From NCBI RefSeq assembly GCF_020745735.1, contig NC_083420.1:36456001-36520000 (forward strand): DNA of 64,000 nucleotides, written 5' to 3'. The DNA comes from Hemiscyllium ocellatum (taxonomy: Eukaryota). The notes beneath the pieces are model-generated. The model made no database searches. It was not told where the DNA came from and was given only the letters and a program-made list of their open reading frames with translations. This document shows positions 12,108-25,400 of this stretch, one piece after another. The translations under genes were made by a program, and so were the position numbers. Position 1 is the stretch's first letter; each line of letters opens with the position of its first letter.

Positions 12108-13382
12108 GTCAGAATCATTAGTGTTTTTTCACTGTGTTACTTGTTGGTTTGCTTTGCCTTGAGCTAAAAGAGATATGCCATAATTTAAATGTTTATTTTG
12201 TGGGGATAAATAGGAGTCCTATTATTAATTAAAGCCCCAGCTATATGCATACCCCAGACTGAGTCTTTACTCATTATTTTCCTTCAATTTTTTTGACTTC
12301 GCACTCAGGTCAATGCTAAAGGCAGATAGTAAATAACATTTCATTACAACACCAAGTAATAGCAAGAATTGACACCTACTAGTTCTGGTCCTTGTAAAGT
12401 TGATCAGTTTGTTTTTTTTGGGAATATGATTCAACAGATTCAATAAAACACTTCGTGGACAAAGTGAGCATCTACCTAGAATGTGCTTCAAAGTCAAACC
12501 TTTAAATAAGAGAAGATAATTGAGATGTGAATAAAACCATTGTGAAACTTTGACTTATTTTTAAAGGATAAGCTGCTGAAAAACATTATAAAACTAAACC
12601 TGTTAGATTTTATGCAGTAATATGTAAAAGACGCCAGGATGGTAAAACCCAGGTTGATAGAATTACTGCCAATATTTTTTATTTAAATCCGTGACACCAA
12701 ATTCTTTCTCTGAGCAAAAGATCTAAATTATTTATTCAGTCCCAGATTTTTGTTTCCTTGACTGAAATGAGAAGTATTACTCCAAATACAAAATAATTCC
12801 AGCATAGTAAAGCGAAATAGGATGGATACAAAAACAAATCCTTCTCTTTTTGTGACAAAAGTATAATTTCATAGCAAGGCAATTGTAAAAATTGTAGTAA
12901 GCAAAAAATCTAGATTTTAATTTCTACATAGAAATGTTTTGAACCCTTTACAATGTAGTTTAGCATGTCAGCAATTAGCTGGAGATGTGACTGGAAAAGT
13001 TGTCAATTTTATTCCAGTCTAGTTATAATATTTTTTAGACCTTACTAACTGTGATAACATGAACTTTAACTATGCATTTCTTATACTTCATCGTAGAATG
13101 TTGTCACAAAAGTTAATACTTGATCAAAGACAAGTGATCCCAGTCTGATAATACAGACGTAAGTAATACAATCAAGCAAGATCCAGGAGACCACAGTTCC
13201 CTTGACTAATTACATTGTAACTCCTTTCCCAAACCCAGTATTGGTTAAGGCCCATGAAGAGAGCCCGAGCTGGTGAATATTGTCTTTATGGAGCAAAGAG
13301 ATAATGTAAGGGGAGGAGAAAAAAATGTCACGAGGTAATAGCAGTTTTGTGATTTGTTTTATGCCTGAATTTTTGTGGTTAG

Positions 13383-13499
13383 GCGTGAACAATGTATGCA
13401 ATTGGTTCCACCCAATGAGATGGTGCTAGCTTTCAGTGAAGTCAAAGGAGAGGCAGAAGCTTTGATTGGATCGACAATAATGAGCAATATTGTCATTTG
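13383..13499 (+). CDS. PALB2: PALB2 exon (approx. exon 10), WD40
   Basis: ggttAG|[38 protein letters not shown](W)|GTaagt; 117 nt. Human: [33 protein letters not shown]. Confidence 0.96.
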
Positions 13500-13992
13500 G
13501 TAAGTACATGCTTCCATTTAACTGGAATAGAGAGTAGATGTACAAGTCATTTGTGAATTCATTCATTCATTTATTAATTTTTAGCCATGTCCAGTCTGAC
13601 TGTTTCCTGCGACTAATTTGAACAAAGAGGCTGAAATTATTAATAAAAAATCTTGAAGTAATAAAAATGTTTAATCCACTGTTGTTAAAGGATCTTGCTG
13701 TACAAATAAAATTTGCCACATATACTATACCAATATACTTAAAATGAATAAAATGTTTTCGAAGCTACTTGGATATTTCTGACAAAAGTGGTAATTATCA
13801 TCGCAAAAGCATTCTTTAAACTACTGAAAGTGTTTTAATCTAAGCCTTGCCACAGCCCCTCCTGCTGAACTTCTCTGCTTATTTTCTCTCTGCTTTGCCT
13901 CATTGCTCTAATGATTCCGACATGAAACTATTCAGAGACTGTTGGTCATGAGGGAAACTCTGTTCAGATTAACTTTTATTTATCTCTCTTAG

Positions 13993-14080
13993 GAACTTAA
14001 AGACTGGACATCTTCTGAAGAAAATCCATTTAAGTGAAAGCTACCCGGGCACTGTCTGCCAGAAGGCCTATTCAGAGTCT
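13993..14080 (+). CDS. PALB2: PALB2 exon (approx. exon 11), WD40
   Basis: ctcttAG|NLKTGHLLKKIHLSESYPGTVCQKAYSES|GTaagg; 88 nt. Human: [29 protein letters not shown]. Confidence 0.96.
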
Positions 14081-14214
14081 GTAAGGAGCAATATTTTTTA
14101 TCTTTATTACTGCAAAAAGTGGTCCCAGGCTACTAATTTGTGCAGTTCAGAAAACGTTCGCTACACTAATACCAGAAATGACTGAATTGCCTTATAAGGA
14201 AAGTTTTCACAGGC

Positions 14215-14560
14215 AAGCTATTATCTGCTGGAGTTTAGAAGTGTAAGTGGTGACTGGATTGAAATATAAAACCCTGAGGTTCTGGACAGAGTGCATGTGA
14301 AGAGGATGTTTCCTCCTGTGGGAGATTCTAGAGCTGAGAATAATTATTTCAAAATAAGAAAATCTTTGTCACTCTCTTCCTCAAAAGATAGTAGAAGCAG
14401 AATGTTTGAATATTTTTAAGCTACAGACCAATAGCTTTTTGATAAACAAAAGGGCCTAAGATTATAGGGATAGCTGGGAATATGGAGTAATCAAATCAAC
14501 TATAATCTTATTGAATGGCAGATTAGGCTCAAGGAGCTGAGTGGTTTATTTTGCTCCCAT
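14215..14560 (+). mobile_element. CR1 3' fragment, decayed
   Basis: CTGGAGTTTAGAAG...GATGTTTCCTCCTGTGGGAGATTCTAGA...TTGAATGGCAGA motifs also seen in other CR1 copies here. Confidence 0.65.
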
Positions 14561-15289
14561 CTTATGCATTAATATCCTTAAAGGCATCCTTACCTTCTGA
14601 CCTACATGTGGCTTCAGAACAATTCTTGTTGATTTAATCTGCCCTTTATGCAAAAATGCTGGCAAAGCCAACAATACCCCCATCCCATGAGAAAATAGAT
14701 AAATAAATAAATACAGCAAAAGTGGGCTGTTTGCTTTGAATAAACTGCATATGGACATACACCTATGGTGCAGTCTTCACAACCTTGGATGAATAACAAT
14801 TATTTATTTACACTCTCTTTGCAATGTGGTAAATGAGAACTTTACGAGGTCTGGACCAGTTGACTGGCCAACCATTTGATTAAATAACTTGCAGCAATTA
14901 CTCAAAATTCACAACAGGACCCAATGCATCAGTGAGAATTTAAAAGGCAAGTTAATGTTTGCATATCAATCCTCTAACAAATGTGAGGTTTGAACAGAGT
15001 CAATAGCTGAAATGTATTTTCCGTACTGTACAAATGCTGACTTTTACGGATATATTTTTGGAATCTGTAGTCTGTTTATCTTTGCAGCTGCATTTCTGTC
15101 CAAATTAAATAATAAAAGCTACTGCTTTATGAGTCGTACTGGAAAATGGCAGAATGCAGAAAATACAGAATGCAATCTACAGAGCAGTGATTTACGTATA
15201 ATAAAGCAGGGGCTGTAACTGCATTTGAACAGAATTATGATTGCAGCTTCCAAAGCAGCAGTAAAAACTTGCAGTAAATAAAAATTTAC

Positions 15290-16155
15290 AATGGATGAAT
15301 GGACACTGTGTAACAATCGCCAAACAGGGTGTTCCCTCCCAGTCAGGGAACACTTCAGCGGTCAAGGACATTCGGCTTTGGATCTTCAGGTGACTGATGT
15401 CCAAGCCAGACCTTGGGATGTGCAACAACGCAGAGTCGCTAAGCAGAGGCTGATAGCCAAGTCCGGTACCAATGAGGATGGCCTCAACTGGGTTCTTGGG
15501 TTCATGTCACAAGACAAGTGACTGCACTACACCATACATATACACTCTTATATACGATCACACTCACGCAGACCCTCTCTCATACACATGCTATCTCTCA
15601 GATACACACTGCCACACTCAACATTCACGCACACACCCTCTCACAGGCATATACTCCATCTCACGCACGCACACACAAACACTTTCTCTCACACACACAC
15701 ACACACACAAATCTTTGGGATGAATTTGTATTTGCTGATTTTTATTTGCAGATACATTCTATTTTGTTCAAAAAGCACACAATCTGTAGGCAGTCAGTCC
15801 ACGTGACATTTTATAAATATCTACTTTGGAAATAGAACCAGTCTGACTCAAGGTTGGAATATAGACCGGATAAACCCACATCTTTAATGCATTGTCTTGA
15901 GCTGAGATGTCACCTTTTTTAAACCTTAAGTTATTTCATGAATGTGACTTCTGGGATTTACAAAGTAATGAATTGAAACCTGCAACTCATTCTAAGTGAT
16001 TAAAGACATAATTGCAATCCAGATTTGTTCAATACATCACACAGCAGTTTGAAACTTTGAACTCCAAAAGCTTGTACTTCCAAATAAACCTGTTGGACTA
16101 TAACGTGGGTGATTTTTAACTTTGTCCACTCCAGTCCAACACTGACACCTCCATC
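15290..16155 (+). mobile_element. Penelope-like element 3' fragment (GIY-YIG C-terminus plus pLTR) with (CA)n tract
   Basis: MNGH...QGCSLPVREHFSGQGHS..DLQV...QRLIAKSGTNEDGLN, then the pLTR ending CTTCCAAATAAACCTGTTGGACTATAAC...CCAGTCCAACAC. Confidence 0.85.
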
Positions 16156-16226
16156 CACCTCCATCAAAATAAAAATTGATAGTCCTTTTCAAATTAAAAT
16201 ATTTAATAATTAATTTTGTGTTTTAG

Positions 16227-16384
16227 GGCATATTGTTCGTACTCTTCAGTCATCGGTATGTTGGCAATTGTGATGGATCTGGTGGAAATAGAGTCTGTGT
16301 TTTAAGAATGGTTGGTGTCAATCCTATGAATGGTAAAAGTAGACCTGTCATGTCCTATATGCTTCCACTGGAATGCCACGGAAG
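16227..16384 (+). CDS. PALB2: PALB2 exon (approx. exon 12), WD40
   Basis: ttttAG|GILFVLFSHRYVGNCDGSGGNRVCVLRMVGVNPMNGKSRPVMSYMLPLECHG(R)|GTaaga; 158 nt, phase 0/2. Confidence 0.94.
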
Positions 16385-17272
16385 GTAAGATACATTCTAT
16401 ATTGCATAGAAATCAATGTCCTGCTTTGGGAAAGTCCCACTCAATCCTCAGTGTTATGGGCCTCGGCAGACTCAAAGTTCTCTGGTTCATTCCCTGTTTG
16501 TTAAACTAGCAGACCGCAACAGGGGGATTTCATTAGAATGCTTTCATCGTAAACATGTGCTAATCCAGCTGTTCTGAAAAGGTTTCTGTTTAAGTGCCGT
16601 CCTCCTCAATTTGGTGCATAATTAAACAAGTCAGCCTTCCAAGAAAACTAACTCTTGTCAATTTTGTGAATCAGAGTTGTGTAGTGAGGCTATCTATATG
16701 AGATATGTGGATCCAGAATTAAGTAAAGTGAGAATCTGGTTCTGTGTCGTATCAACCATCATCGTGAGCTTCCATTTTATAATCACATTCTTTGTGACTT
16801 TTTTAAGGTATCATTAAGCACAATCCCCAATTCTACTATCTGAAGCAGCAGGATTACTGGATAAACAAATGAGATCTTTATCTATCCAGCAATACAAAGC
16901 TCTAAAATAGATGACAGAAACAAATGAGACTCCAGTTGCTGACTGAAATCCCACTGTATTGCATTTGGAATGAAGCAGTACAAGAGGTTGCTGTAATGAC
17001 CATCCATTGGAAGAATCTAATTGACATTCCTGATTTTGCAGTCAACTTAACTTTACACTCCTTTGAATTTGAAGGAAATTAAAATTGGGCACAGGTGTAA
17101 AGCAAGTTCCTGATCCAATCCAATTGGTCCCCTGCTGGGTATGTTAGTTTAAAATGATTCTTCCAAAATTGAGGGATTATGCTGCGATGTTTTATTTACT
17201 TAGCTCAGTAATAAAATAGCTATTTTTCTCTCATGGCTTTTTTCCTTTTAAATGTATTTATTTCTGGAACAG

Positions 17273-17504
17273 GTACCTTGTCGGAGGTGTGAAAGATCAG
17301 TCCATTGCAGCAATTGTAACCCCTGGAACCCTGATTCTTTGGGATGTACTTTCTGGCCACATCACGACCATTCTACACCATGGCCCCAATGCATACTGGT
17401 CACTTTTCCACTGGGCAGAAGCCAATTCCTGCCTCCTGGCCAGAAAGAATGACCAAACTGTATATATCTATAAATATGTGGGAACTGGAATGGATCAAGT
17501 ATGA
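17273..17504 (+). CDS. PALB2: PALB2 last coding exon (approx. exon 13)
   Basis: gaacAG|YLVGGVKDQSIAAIVTPGTLILWDVLSGHITTILHHGPNAYWSLFHWAEANSCLLARKNDQTVYIYKYVGTGMDQV*. Human: [23 protein letters not shown]...[28 protein letters not shown]. Confidence 0.96.
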
Positions 17505-19572
17505 TGGTATTACTGCATCAAGACAGATGCAAGAAAAGCAGCTTCTGCATCTATTTATTTATTTGAAATCTTTTACCTAATCAGTTGAATGAAAGCACCA
17601 AATAATATGTTTTTAGGACAAAACATTGCAGTGTGAAGAAGACTACTTTTGTTTGCTGTGTACTATGTAAAGTTGTATTACAATTTAGATTGATGTACTG
17701 AACTGTTGTATAGTGTCTGTTATTGCTGTCAGGGAAAGCCAGATTTGAAATCAGGACTGGCCAATTTCAGCAAAATGTTCGGAGGATACTTAGTGTACGA
17801 TATAGAAAATCCCCTTTAGGTGAGTAATAGACACCATTTTTCTTTCCAAATGTACTGTCTAGGTAATTTGAGATAAGTATTGTGAACTTCCTGTGTCATA
17901 ATTTTACATTGAAGGGATCATTCTTACTCAGTTTCACAAATGGTTTTTCTTTGTTAACAGAGTTCAGTCCTGAAAATATCAGATGGAAACATCTGCATTA
18001 TCTTCACATGTTAAAAACCATTATAGTTAATTTGGGATTTACAGCTTGAAACGAGTAAGGGGATATCACCATATATTTTGTTTTGATCATTTGAGTGTAA
18101 AAGTATGAGTAAGAACAGTAGTACCATCACAGCTGTTTACTAATAATGAAAGATAGATGACCAATCAGTTCTGTGTTCCAGCTCACAAGCTGTCTTCATT
18201 CACGTGGCCAGCCTCCTTCAATTGTGCAGCTGTCTATGAACAGGTATTGTTGATCAGGGTAAAGTTGTATGTTGACAGCATCATTGCAAGGGGCATCATT
18301 TAATATTGTCCCAAGAAATGGTGAGTAGAGTGGCTAGAAAACATCCTTGCTTCCTCTCAGTATTAGAAAGTTAATTATCACCAGTCACAACTTACTAGTA
18401 GAGCAGCATTTGTCAAGGCATCAAGAACTCTAGCTCACTTAATCAAATATGAACTGTCCACAGAACAATCAATATGAATATAAGAACAGATAGAAATATT
18501 GCATGCGAGAATATAAGCAAGTACTTACCTGCAGTGATTGAAGACACACCAGCCTAAAAAACTAGATATGAAGAATATTGTTGACAAGACTGACAATTCA
18601 AACAAGTTGGAAATATGTTGTAGATAGTTTGGGATTTTCAAGCAGTTTGCATTTATTGAGAATTGTCATAACATCTGCAGTGATGTATGATTGGACAATT
18701 CCATTTGCAGTCCCCTGAATTAATACTTTAAGAGGGTGGATGGAGAGGTACCAGCTTTTGCTCAGGCAGTGGCTGTTGGAAGAATGATAAAAGAAGAATC
18801 TGGGCCCATTCCACGCTGCTGGTTGTAACAGTCAGAGCTAAGTTAGTTGTAGGTTCAAGTCCACTGCAGAAACCTGAGCTCAGAAATCTGTGCCAATACT
18901 TGAGGGCTCTACTGAAGGAATGTTGACTTTTGCATGAGGTTTGAAACCAAGAACCTAAATACTTTATTATGCAGAAATAAAAGATCCAAGATTTGATCTA
19001 TTATAAATTTTTGATTGGAAGTGAGACCCAGCATGGAGAGAATTAAAAAATGAAAAGTGTAAAAGCACTAATGATAAAGAATAATAAAGAGTAATTATAA
19101 TTAAAGCTAATGATATTGTACATATTGCAACCCTCTTCTTTGAAACAAAAAGTAAATTGTAAACACTAGAAACTTAAATTCTAGAAATATAGAGTCTATG
19201 ACTACCTAAAACAAATGCTTTGTATTCATCTTCAGTCCTTATGTTTTGAAAATGCTTTTTAAAAAAAAATTAAAATCAAGTTAATTGTGTAACTAAGATT
19301 ACCTGAATACATATGAGATCATTCTCTGATTTCATTCATTCCTGTATGTCATGCTTCCATACCTGATAACCATTATACATTGTATTGTGATGCAGGAAAA
19401 AGTAAGTCTGTTGGTGTTTTCAAAATATAATAAGTTTGTGCTTACGATGATATATTTGTGAGGCACAAATGTGATTTATATTGAAGACTTTTTTTTGGGA
19501 ACAGTGATTTGTTGGTATTTAAGAAATAACTATAATGAGGACTTGGGCCAAGGAATGACTTGCTACAAATGT

Positions 19573-19899
19573 GGGCGGCACGGTGGCACAGTGGTTAGCA
19601 CTGCTGCCTCACAGCGCCAGAGACCCGGGTTCAATTCCCGCCTCAGGCAACTGTGTGGAGTTTGCATGTTCTCCCCGTGTCTGCGTGGGTTTCCTCTGGG
19701 TGCTCCGGATTCCTCCCACAGTTCAAAGATGTGCGGATCAGGTGAATTGGCCATGCTAAATTGCCCGTAGTGCCCGTAGTGTTAGGTAAGGGGTAAATGT
19801 AGGGGTATGGGTGGGTTGCGCTTCGGCGGGTTGGTGTGGACTTGTTGGTCCGAAGGACCTGTTTCCACACTGTAAGTAATCTGTAAGTAATCTAATCTA
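19573..19899 (+). mobile_element. HE1-like tRNA-derived V-SINE
   Basis: A box TGGCACAGTGG, B box GGTTCAATTCC, V-core GTGGAGTTTGCATGTTCTCCCCGTG, CR1-like tail ending (TAATC)n. Confidence 0.92.
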
Positions 19900-20569
19900 A
19901 ATTACCTCTTCAAAACTTGCAGATGTTTTGTCTGTACTGAAGAATAGGAAATAACATTTTTTAAAGTTTAGAATTGGAACAAGAACATTTATTTAATGCC
20001 ACTGACAAATGCCATTGACCTACATTAAATATTAAAGCTGGTGAGGAAGGCTTTATGGACTGTTTTATTGTAGAAAAGAGGCAGGGTTGCTCGTAAAGGG
20101 GAATTCCAGATCTTAGTGCTTCAACAACAGAAGGTTTAGCCACCAGTGGAATGATTAAAGTTTGGGAGGCATTACAGCCCACAATTAGAGGAATGTAGAC
20201 ATCTTGAAGGAATAAGCCCAATGCTAGGTTATTAGAACATTTTTGTGATATGTAAAATAGGTAGGATACCGATATGAAGTTTGATTTATATTTGTAGGTC
20301 GATCACATCTTATGATATCAAAATGTCTTAAGTGCTTATCATTACGCCTCCCCACTTCAAAAGGAATTAATGGTAATTTCAAGGGACTAATAATTCAGAG
20401 ACCTATCTTTGCCAGGTCTGACCTACATGTGGCTATATATTCAGTGATGTGGTGGACTCCACTCTAGTGATGCATTCACTAGTGCCAACCACTAGGAATT
20501 TAAAAAGGAATGAAACTAGATGCACCAAGACATTGATTAAAGCAGGAAAGACAACAGCAAACATAGCTC

Positions 20570-22655
20570 TCCCAGATGTTGGTAAAGGGAGATTTTGGAG
20601 TGTCAGTGGGGCTTCTCACAGGCTAATCAGGCAGCAGCCTGACATAGTCATACTCATGGAATCATACTCTACACACAATGTCCCAGACAACCATCACAAG
20701 TCTACGCCATCAACAGCTCAAAACCAGCAGAGGTGGCAGCACAGTGCTACACAGCCAGGAGGGAGCAGTTGTAGTAATCAGTGTTGACCCGGAACCAATG
20801 AAGCCACGTGGTATCAGGTCAGACACAGACAAGGAAATCTGCTAATTACCATGAACCACACAATCCCACATGCTCCCCCCATATCAGCTCATTAATCATT
20901 ACTACTATGATGGAGTACTACAGTCCTGGCACATCCAGTTGTGAATGGTAATAGGCAATTAGCTAACTGGAAGAGGAAGCTCCATAACACCTTCATTCTC
21001 AAAAGCAGGGGAGCTCAGAACATCAGTGCAACAGAAAAGGCTGAAGCATTTTGCCATAATCTTCAGCATGTGCCAAGTGGATGATCCATGTTGGCCTCTT
21101 CCAGAGGTCTCCATCATCAAAGATGCCTATCTTCAGCCAAATGATATTGAGAAATGGCTGGAGACACTAAATACTGCAAAGGCTAACAGCATTTTCGCAA
21201 AGTATTGCAGATATGATCCTGAACTTAGCACACTCCTAACCAAGCTGTTCCAGTACGGTAACTATACTGACATCTACCTGACAATGTGGAATTTTACCCA
21301 GGTGTGTCCATACATAAAAATCCAACCTGGATAACTACCGTCCCATTTGTCTGCTCTTGATCATTAATAAGATGATGGAAGACGTTGTCAATAGTTCTAT
21401 CTAACAGCCCTTGCTTAACAATAATTTGCTAACTGACACTCCAAGCCACTCAGCTCCTGACCTCATTCTTACCTTGGACAAAACAGCTGAATTCTAGAGA
21501 TGAAGTGACAGTGATTACCCAAGGCCACATTTTACCAAGTAGGGCATCTCAGAGTTCTAACAAAATGGGAGTCACAGAATCAGGAGGGGTGGAGGTAGTG
21601 GGTGAGTCCCCTCTGGTTGGAGTCAAATCTGGCACAATGAAAGATAGTTGGAGTTACTGGAGGTTAGTCATTACACTCCATGATATCTCTGCAGGAGTCC
21701 ATCAGGGTAGTGTCAGTGCCTCAGTTGTCTTTAGCTACTTCATCAATGCCCTTCCCTCCGTCTCAAAGTCAAAAATGGTGATATTGGGCTAATAGCGCAA
21801 TGTTCAGCATGATTTTTAGTTCTTCAAATACTGAAATAGACATTGTCTAAATGAAGCAAGACCTAGACAATTTCAGGTTTTGACTGACAAGTGACAACAT
21901 TCATGCCACACAAATGCCAGGGACTGGCCATTTCCAACAAAAAATAATCTAACCATTGCCCTTTAACATTCAATGCATCATCATTACTGAATTCCTCATG
22001 ACCAGCATCCTAAAGTTACCATTGATCAGAAACTGAATTGGACTAGCCATATAAATAAGTGGCTACAAAACCGTATTAGAAGCTAGGAATCCTGCAGCAT
22101 CTAACTTACCTCCTGATTCCCCAATATAGAATTTTGTGACCACCATCGACAAGGCACAAATCAAGAGTACAATGGTAAACTCCCCAATTGCCTAGATGCG
22201 CTCCAACAACACTCAAGAAACTTGATAATATCCAGCAAAACACAGCTCACTAATTGGTACCACGTACACCCTTCATCCCCTCCACTACTGATGATTTAGT
22301 TGTAGTAGGATGTAGTGTCTACAAGATACATCGCAGAAATTCACCAAGGATCCTTAAGTTGGACTGTTTGAACTCATGACCACAATCATATAGAAGGACA
22401 AGGGAAAAATGCATGGGAACACCAGCACCCAGCAGTTTCATTCCAAACCACTCACCGTCCTAACTTAGAAATATATTGCTGTTTCTTCAATACTCGAAGG
22501 ATCAAAATCCTGCAATTCCCTCCATGAAGGTATTGTGCATCGACCTAAACCAACTGGACTGTAGTGGTTCAAGAAGGCAACTCTCCACCACACTTCTCAA
22601 AAGCAGATAGGAATGGGCAATAAATGCTGTCCCAGCCAGTGGCACAACCCATGAC
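20570..22655 (+). mobile_element. Old CR1/L2-group LINE, internally deleted
   Basis: Endonuclease remnant (QQPDIVILMESY), RT remnants (NYRPICLL, SAGVHQGSV..FSYFINALP); 3' tail shared with 57620-58570. Confidence 0.75.
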
Positions 22656-24007
22656 TGCAGTAATTTGTTTTTTGTGAGAGCAAAGTAATGGTTGAAAATT
22701 TCTCTAGTTTTTTTGTGGTGTTGCTTGAAGGAGAAATGTTGACAATAGAATATTGTGAAAACATTTTGAACTTTGAATACTTCAATTAAATCAAGCAAGT
22801 TGAACTCTAGTTGTCTATTCAACTTTGCCTCAGACTACAAAAGCTAAGGATCACCTACTTTGCCTTGGGGGAAAAAAACTTACTTTTACATAATTAAAAC
22901 AATGATCAATTGTTAATCATAATGATTGTTTTCTCAATTAGTCCACAGCAAATTCATATAATTCATAAGGAAGAAAAACTCTTATTGGTCAAGATCTTTG
23001 GCAACTGTATTTCAAAGCTACCTGTTCCTTCAGAATATGACATTCACTGAATGTCTTTTCTCAAAAGTACTTCATATCAAAGCAGTCTCTGTAATCAAAT
23101 CCTGTTATAGTATTCTTTCTTACCAATCTATTATGGGTGGTTTATGGTCAACAATACAAAGTGGGTAACTAACTCTTAAATAAAATAAAGAACACTTTTT
23201 GATGGGGGGTTTATTGTGCTGATGTGATTATGAAATTAGGTGGAGGGGGGGAACACTTGAAAAAAACAGTAGATCTTGCAAATGATGCATTCTAGCCCAA
23301 CTTGTCTCCTATAGTGTAGAACATTGCTCCGGTATGACCAATATATTCATTTTCAAGTATTACTTTTTTAAACTGATTTTTCCTCCATGTGGTGTTGGTA
23401 TAAAAGCAAGGGGGTGTTATGTTAACCAGTGCTTCTCAAACTATATTGATATTATACATTGTATAAATAAGAAAACTTGGACTTTAATTAGTAAAGAGTT
23501 ATTATTTTCTATACTTCGGTAATTCCAGTCAAAGTAACTTACCATTAGTCAAAGAGTTGGTGACAAGGTGACCAATTCTGGGTGAAAAGCTCTTTACCAT
23601 GCGAGCATTATTGATGGGACTTAGGAATAGACTGGAGGAAAGGGTGTTCTCAAGATGATGAGAGCAGAGACTGTTACTGCAAGTACAGAACTCAGGCCAA
23701 AATGAGTCTCAGAAGGCTTGACCTGGGATGCCAGGTAGAAAGGAAAATAATGGGAGAGTCCTGGACAATTCCTAGTTGGTGAAGGGCCCTCTCATTCAGC
23801 TTCTAACCCAGGCTGCTTATAAAATGATGGTTGTACATGTTTCCTGTTGTACATTGCCCCCTATAAAGATGGTGGTGCACTGTTGCTTCCTGATGCACTT
23901 TACCCCCTAAAAATAGTGTTGGATGTATGTACCTTCTGCTGCTTGTCTGGATGCTCCAAACCACTGCCATCTTGTGGCCAATAGCAGTGCTGTTGAGCAA
24001 AATGTTT

Positions 24008-24217
24008 AAAGTTAAAAATCGCACAGCATCAGAGATTATAGTCCGACAGATTTTTTTGGAAGCACTAGCTTTCAGAGCGCTGCTCCTTCATCACAACCAC
24101 CTGATGAAGGAACAGCGCTCCGAAAGCTAGTGCTTCCAAATAAACCTGTTGGACTATAACCTGGTGTTGTGATTTTTAACTTTGTACACCCCAGTCCAAC
24201 GCCAGCACCTCCAAATC
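24008..24217. mobile_element. Palindromic Penelope pLTR derivative (two inverted ~85-bp arms)
   Basis: 24008-24093 is the imperfect reverse complement of 24102-24183, with loop CAACCACC. Confidence 0.85.
24098..24132 (+). ncRNA. Minimal type I hammerhead ribozyme motif (Penelope-associated)
   Basis: CAC-CUGAUGA-A-GGAAC AGC GCUCC-GAAA-GC-UA-GUG: stem I CAC/GUG, stem II hairpin, palindromic AGCU in place of stem III. Confidence 0.7.
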
Positions 24218-24989
24218 AAAAAATTTATAAAATCCTTGGAAGAAACAAAAAGTGGGACATTTATTAACTTTTCATCAAAGAGGAATGTTGAGGTCAGAAC
24301 AAAATATTTGTTGTCTATTCCTAATTCTTCTTCAACTGAGTGGATGCTGAGACAATTCAGGGTAGTTTTAGAGTAATCCACATTGCTGTGCTTCTAGAAT
24401 CACATGTAGACCAGAATCGATAAGAATGGTAGATTTGCTTGTCTAAAGAACATCCATGAATCATACTTGTTTTAACTACAATCAATGGTAGTTTCACGGC
24501 ACTATTACTGAGACTATCTTTCAATTCCAGATTGTATTAACTTGAACCCCTGTCCCCAGAACATTAGTCTGGGTTTCTGTATTACTACCTTCCCCACCTT
24601 AATCATTGAAGAAGAGCTTTTCATTATAAGCCAGAGTATCACCCTCTAGATCTTCCCAAATGCAAGCAAGACAAGCAATCAACTAAGTTAAAATTAAAAT
24701 CTGGAGTATCTATTTTGATCAACCTTAGCCAGAGGTTCTGGCTCAGACTAGGGACCCTTGGAGTCTGGAGTATCATGATCTATGCCTCCACAGTGCAGTA
24801 ACCTGGGTTACACTACTATCTCCACAAAGATAGGTAAGTTCCATGGTAGCTGCTGGATTGTGTAGTGCTGGAAAAACACAGCAGGTCAGGCAACATCAGT
24901 ATTTGAAAAACTCAAAAAATCCAGGGTAAGCCTCATGACTGGAGGTGGGTGTCAGGGCAGCTGCAGATAAAGGTGGGGGGGGAAGCCAG

Positions 24990-25400
24990 CTGAGGGGAAT
25001 AGGTGAAGACTGCATACCCTCCCTGGACAGCGCCACCTATGGCGGAAGGTGTAGCGCTCTGGGGCGGGTCAGGCCTGGCCGCGCATGGGTATTGTTGCCT
25101 TTGTCACAGCCGCCGCGGTGCACGTTGGACACACAGTCCTTTCCAAGATGGCGCTGCGTGTTCTCTCTCGATGCGTCCGCCGGTGGCCGCAACCTTGGAG
25201 TAGGTCAAGGGCAGGCCCGAGCGTCGGGGCCCAGCCTCTCGCTGGAGCCGGCAGCAGCTACTCTCAACACGTTTGCAGCAGGCGGGCTGTTGGCGAGGCG
25301 CCCCGGGCTCAGGTAATTTGGAGTTTGGTGACTAGGCCGGACCCTGAGGCAGCGGGTGTAGCATAACCCCAAGTGCCAGCTGCTTCGGAGGAGATTGCGC
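24990..25400 (+). promoter_or_regulatory. NDUFAB1 CpG-island promoter
   Basis: CpG-rich island in CpG-poor DNA. GC box GGGGCGGG ~25060, ETS-like CGGAAG ~25043, CTCF-like CAGCGCCACCTATGGC 25028-25043, YY1-like AAGATGGCG over the ATG. Confidence 0.75.
25148..25312 (+). CDS. NDUFAB1: NDUFAB1 exon 1 (mitochondrial transit peptide)
   Basis: aagATGG Kozak; MALRVLSRCVRRWPQPWSRSRAG...APRAQ|GTaatt; Arg-rich and acid-poor; phase 0. Confidence 0.88.

Noticed and set aside
17505-19100. PALB2 polyadenylation site
   Set aside because: No unambiguous signal near the stop; AATAAA at ~18976 and ~19083 lie in repeat-like or A-rich DNA.
19573-19650. tRNA genes (also ~39515-39585)
   Set aside because: These are tRNA-derived heads of HE1-like SINEs continuing into the V-core and LINE tail.
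24945-25316. 123-aa and 66-aa ORFs over the NDUFAB1 promoter
   Set aside because: GC-rich CpG-island artefacts; the real start is ATG 25148.
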